Shown here in pieces: positions 29,688 through 32,000 of a DNA stretch of 32,000 nucleotides; position 1 is the stretch's first letter, and each line of letters opens with the position of its first letter. The position numbers and the translations under genes were made by a program. This DNA is from Synechocystis sp. PCC 6803 substr. PCC-P (GTDB lineage Bacteria > Cyanobacteriota > Cyanobacteriia > Cyanobacteriales > Microcystaceae). Below the pieces are notes generated by a model, which had not been told where the DNA came from, did not search any database, and saw only the letters and a program-made list of their open reading frames with translations. The stretch covers positions 1,890,001 to 1,922,000 of the forward strand of contig NC_017039.1 of assembly GCF_000284455.1 (NCBI RefSeq). Direction: 5' to 3'.

Positions 29688-30947
29688 ATGAAAGTGGCAG
29701 TTATTGGTAGCGGTGGACGGGAACATACTTTGGCTTGGTCGTTAGTTCGATCGCCGGAGGTGAGCCATTGCTATTGCTTGCCGGGAAATGGCGGTACTGC
29801 TGGGTTACCGAAAACAGAAAATGTGGCGATCGCCGTGGATCAACTGGGGGAAATTTGTGAATTTTGCCAAACGGAAAAGATTAATTTAGTAGTGGTGGGG
29901 CCGGAATTGCCCCTTACCCTGGGGTTGACCGATCAATTACAAGCACTGGGTATAAAAGTTTTTGGCCCCACCAAAGCCGGGGCAGAATTGGAAGCGAGTA
30001 AATCTTGGACTAAACAGTTATTAATCGAAGCGGGAGTGCCCACAGCTTTTGGGGAAACTTTCACTGAGCCAGCTCCAGCCCAGGCCTATGCCACGAAAAT
30101 GGGAGCTCCCATTGTGGTGAAAGCCGACGGTTTAGCCGCTGGTAAAGGGGTGATTGTGGCCCAAACTTCAGCCGAAGCAACCACGGCGATCGCCGAATTA
30201 TTTGACCAGGGCTTTGAAAAAATTGTGGTGGAGGAATTTTTACCGGGGGAAGAGGTGTCCGTGCTGGCCCTCTGTGACGGCAAAACAGTTATTCCCCTGC
30301 TACCAGCCCAGGACCACAAACGCATTGGGGAAGGAGACCAAGGGCTCAATACTGGTGGCATGGGAGCCTACTGCCCTGCTCCCATCGCCCCGCCAGCGGT
30401 CATAGACCAGGTGCAAAAACAAATCCTACAGCCCACTGCTAACGCTTTAGCTAAACGGGGCATTGATTACCGGGGAGTATTATATGCCGGCTTAATGGTC
30501 AGCCCCACCGGGGAAATTAAAGTGTTGGAATATAACTGTCGTTTTGGTGATCCTGAAACCCAAGCGGTGTTGCCCCTCCTGGCCACTCCTCTAGAAAAGG
30601 TATTGATGGCCTGTGTGGAACAAAACCTAGAGCAATTGGGACCTCTGCAATGGCATTCCGGTAATGCTGTTTGTGTGGTGGTGGCCGCTGGTGGTTATCC
30701 CGGCAGTTACCGCAAAGGAGATGAAATCAATGGTTTGGCTGAAGCCGAAGCTCAAGATGTTAAGGTATTCCATGCTGGCACAGAATTAAAGGAAGGCAAA
30801 GTTTTGACCAATGGAGGCCGGGTATTGGGAGTCACCGCCCTAGGAAAAGACTTATCCACGGCGATCGCCACTGCCTATCGGGGAGTAGAACAAATTGACT
30901 TTGATGGTATGTATTACCGACGGGACATCGGCCACAAAGCACTTTGA
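29688..30947 (+). CDS. purD: phosphoribosylamine--glycine ligase
   Basis: 'MKVAVIGSGGREHTLAWSL', 'PGNGGTAGL', 'VVGPELPLTLGLTD', 'NTGGMGAYCPAPI', 'LEYNCRFGDPETQAVLPLL'. Confidence 0.98.
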   Translation: MKVAVIGSGGREHTLAWSLVRSPEVSHCYCLPGNGGTAGLPKTENVAIAVDQLGEICEFCQTEKINLVVVGPELPLTLGLTDQLQALGIKVFGPTKAGAELEASKSWTKQLLIEAGVPTAFGETFTEPAPAQAYATKMGAPIVVKADGLAAGKGVIVAQTSAEATTAIAELFDQGFEKIVVEEFLPGEEVSVLALCDGKTVIPLLPAQDHKRIGEGDQGLNTGGMGAYCPAPIAPPAVIDQVQKQILQPTANALAKRGIDYRGVLYAGLMVSPTGEIKVLEYNCRFGDPETQAVLPLLATPLEKVLMACVEQNLEQLGPLQWHSGNAVCVVVAAGGYPGSYRKGDEINGLAEAEAQDVKVFHAGTELKEGKVLTNGGRVLGVTALGKDLSTAIATAYRGVEQIDFDGMYYRRDIGHKAL

Positions 30948-31151
30948 CAAGGAGTTGGGAACGGAAATTCTTCGGGGAGAATGGATTGGGGTAAAACAAA
31001 TTTCCCCTGGGGCCGGAGAGGAAAAGACCAGTGGCCTTGGCAATGGCAAAAGTAAACCAATGGTGTCCTAAAGAGATCAACCGGGAATGTTAATATACGT
31101 TGCAGTTTGCCTTGAACTACCTTCCTACATTTGCCCTTCCCCAATTTGACT

Positions 31152-31766
31152 ATGCTTCAACGTCTTGTGCACATATTGGCTTTAACTGTCTGCGGCCTTG
31201 CCGTGGTCTCCAGTTTGACTCCGTCAGTCCGGGGACAGGGGGTCACGGAGGTGGAGGAAGTGATTATCGAGGGTAGTGGTCCCGAAAATTCTAGGGAGTT
31301 TCGTCCCCTCAACCAAGAAGGTAGTATCTTGAGCGTGGGCGCCGGCCGTCGCTTAATGAATGAAGCTAATGAGGCTATTAATCTTAACCAGTACACAGTG
31401 GCTCTGGAAAAACTACAGGAAGCCCGCAAGATTTTTAACCAATTGTCCAACTTTCATCTGCAATTAGCTAATAGTTTCTCGGGCATTAACACGGTTATTT
31501 TTGAAGAACAAAGAATTGCCGCTCTGGAAACTGGTCAACTGCGGGATGAAGCTACCTACCGTTTAGCTCTAGTACATCGAGCCAACAACGAACCAGCTTT
31601 GGCGGTGCCCCTGTTGCTACAAATTATCCGTTCCCAGAATCCCACCACGGACTTGGGCAGAAAATCCTACCAACAGCTTTATGAATTGGGTTTTGTAGCT
31701 TCTCCGTTTGAGGGACCCACCCCCACTGGCACCAATGCGGCCCCTACTGCCCCGGTGGTTAATTAG
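31152..31766 (+). CDS. secreted or membrane-anchored hypothetical protein with a TPR-like helical region
   Basis: Signal-peptide-like start MLQRLVHILALTVCGLAVVSSLTPSVRGQ, then a helical 'NQYTVALEKLQEARKIFNQLSNFHLQ...TYRLALVHRANNEPALAVPLLLQII' pattern. ATG at 31152 preferred over the TTG at 31131. Confidence 0.7.
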   Translation: MLQRLVHILALTVCGLAVVSSLTPSVRGQGVTEVEEVIIEGSGPENSREFRPLNQEGSILSVGAGRRLMNEANEAINLNQYTVALEKLQEARKIFNQLSNFHLQLANSFSGINTVIFEEQRIAALETGQLRDEATYRLALVHRANNEPALAVPLLLQIIRSQNPTTDLGRKSYQQLYELGFVASPFEGPTPTGTNAAPTAPVVN

Positions 31767-31818
31767 CCCCAGTTGTGGTCAGCAACATCTTGACTGGACG
31801 GTGGAATGCTTACTTGGA

Positions 31819-32000
31819 TTAGGTTTGGCTAGAATATTTTTGCTCGATCGCCGTCACCAGTTGAATACAATCCAATTCTTCCGGTTTGACTTGTTCCGTA
31901 AACCAGGCGGCCAAAATTTCCTTGGCGATCGCCGGGGAAGTGGCCCGTAAACTCATTACCAGCACATTGACATCGTTCCACCAACGGGTTCCCTTGGCAG
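31819..32000 (-). CDS. C-terminal fragment of an unidentified protein, truncated at the window edge
   Basis: Reverse-strand reading open from the edge: ...AKGTRWWNDVNVLVMSLRATSPAIAKEILAAWFTEQVKPEELDCIQLVTAIEQKYSSQT*. Plausible coding composition; not in the ORF track because its start is outside. Confidence 0.6.
   Translation of the reverse strand, partial: AKGTRWWNDVNVLVMSLRATSPAIAKEILAAWFTEQVKPEELDCIQLVTAIEQKYSSQT

Noticed and set aside
31708-31950. + strand 80-aa ORF overlapping the end of the 31152-31766 gene
   Set aside because: The opposite strand reads as a plausible protein C-terminus open to the window edge; the + strand peptide is Pro/Arg-rich and uncharacteristic.

Overview
Chromosomal window from a cyanobacterium. 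The HIP1 palindromes (GCGATCGC), an ISY100-like element and the gene content suggest Synechocystis sp. PCC 6803 or a close relative; this is inferred from memory, with no search run. Most of the window is housekeeping: pyrG (partial), desB, pdxH, scpA-like, ffh, gatB, a class A PBP, nnr (YjeF-type), hypB, an LD-carboxypeptidase, a pentapeptide-repeat protein, a TRAP-type glutamate transporter cluster, the str operon (rpsL-rpsG-fusA-tufA-rpsJ), a TIGR04282-like glycosyltransferase and purD. Best candidates for something under-described: (1) a translationally coupled two-gene module at 7465-8509, pairing a Cys-less YgiT/MqsA-like small protein with a PurA-like + FokI/AlwI-like nuclease-fold protein; (2) an 835-aa protein at 1946-4453 fusing a CRP-like sensor domain, a degenerate sigma54-activator-type AAA+ domain and a NapH/NosR-like membrane ferredoxin; (3) a compact DUF6883-DUF4926-like gene pair at 1241-1853. 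A Tc1/mariner/IS630 element at 10387-11332 has its transposase frame broken at an A9 homopolymer. No CRISPR array, tRNA or rRNA was recognised.
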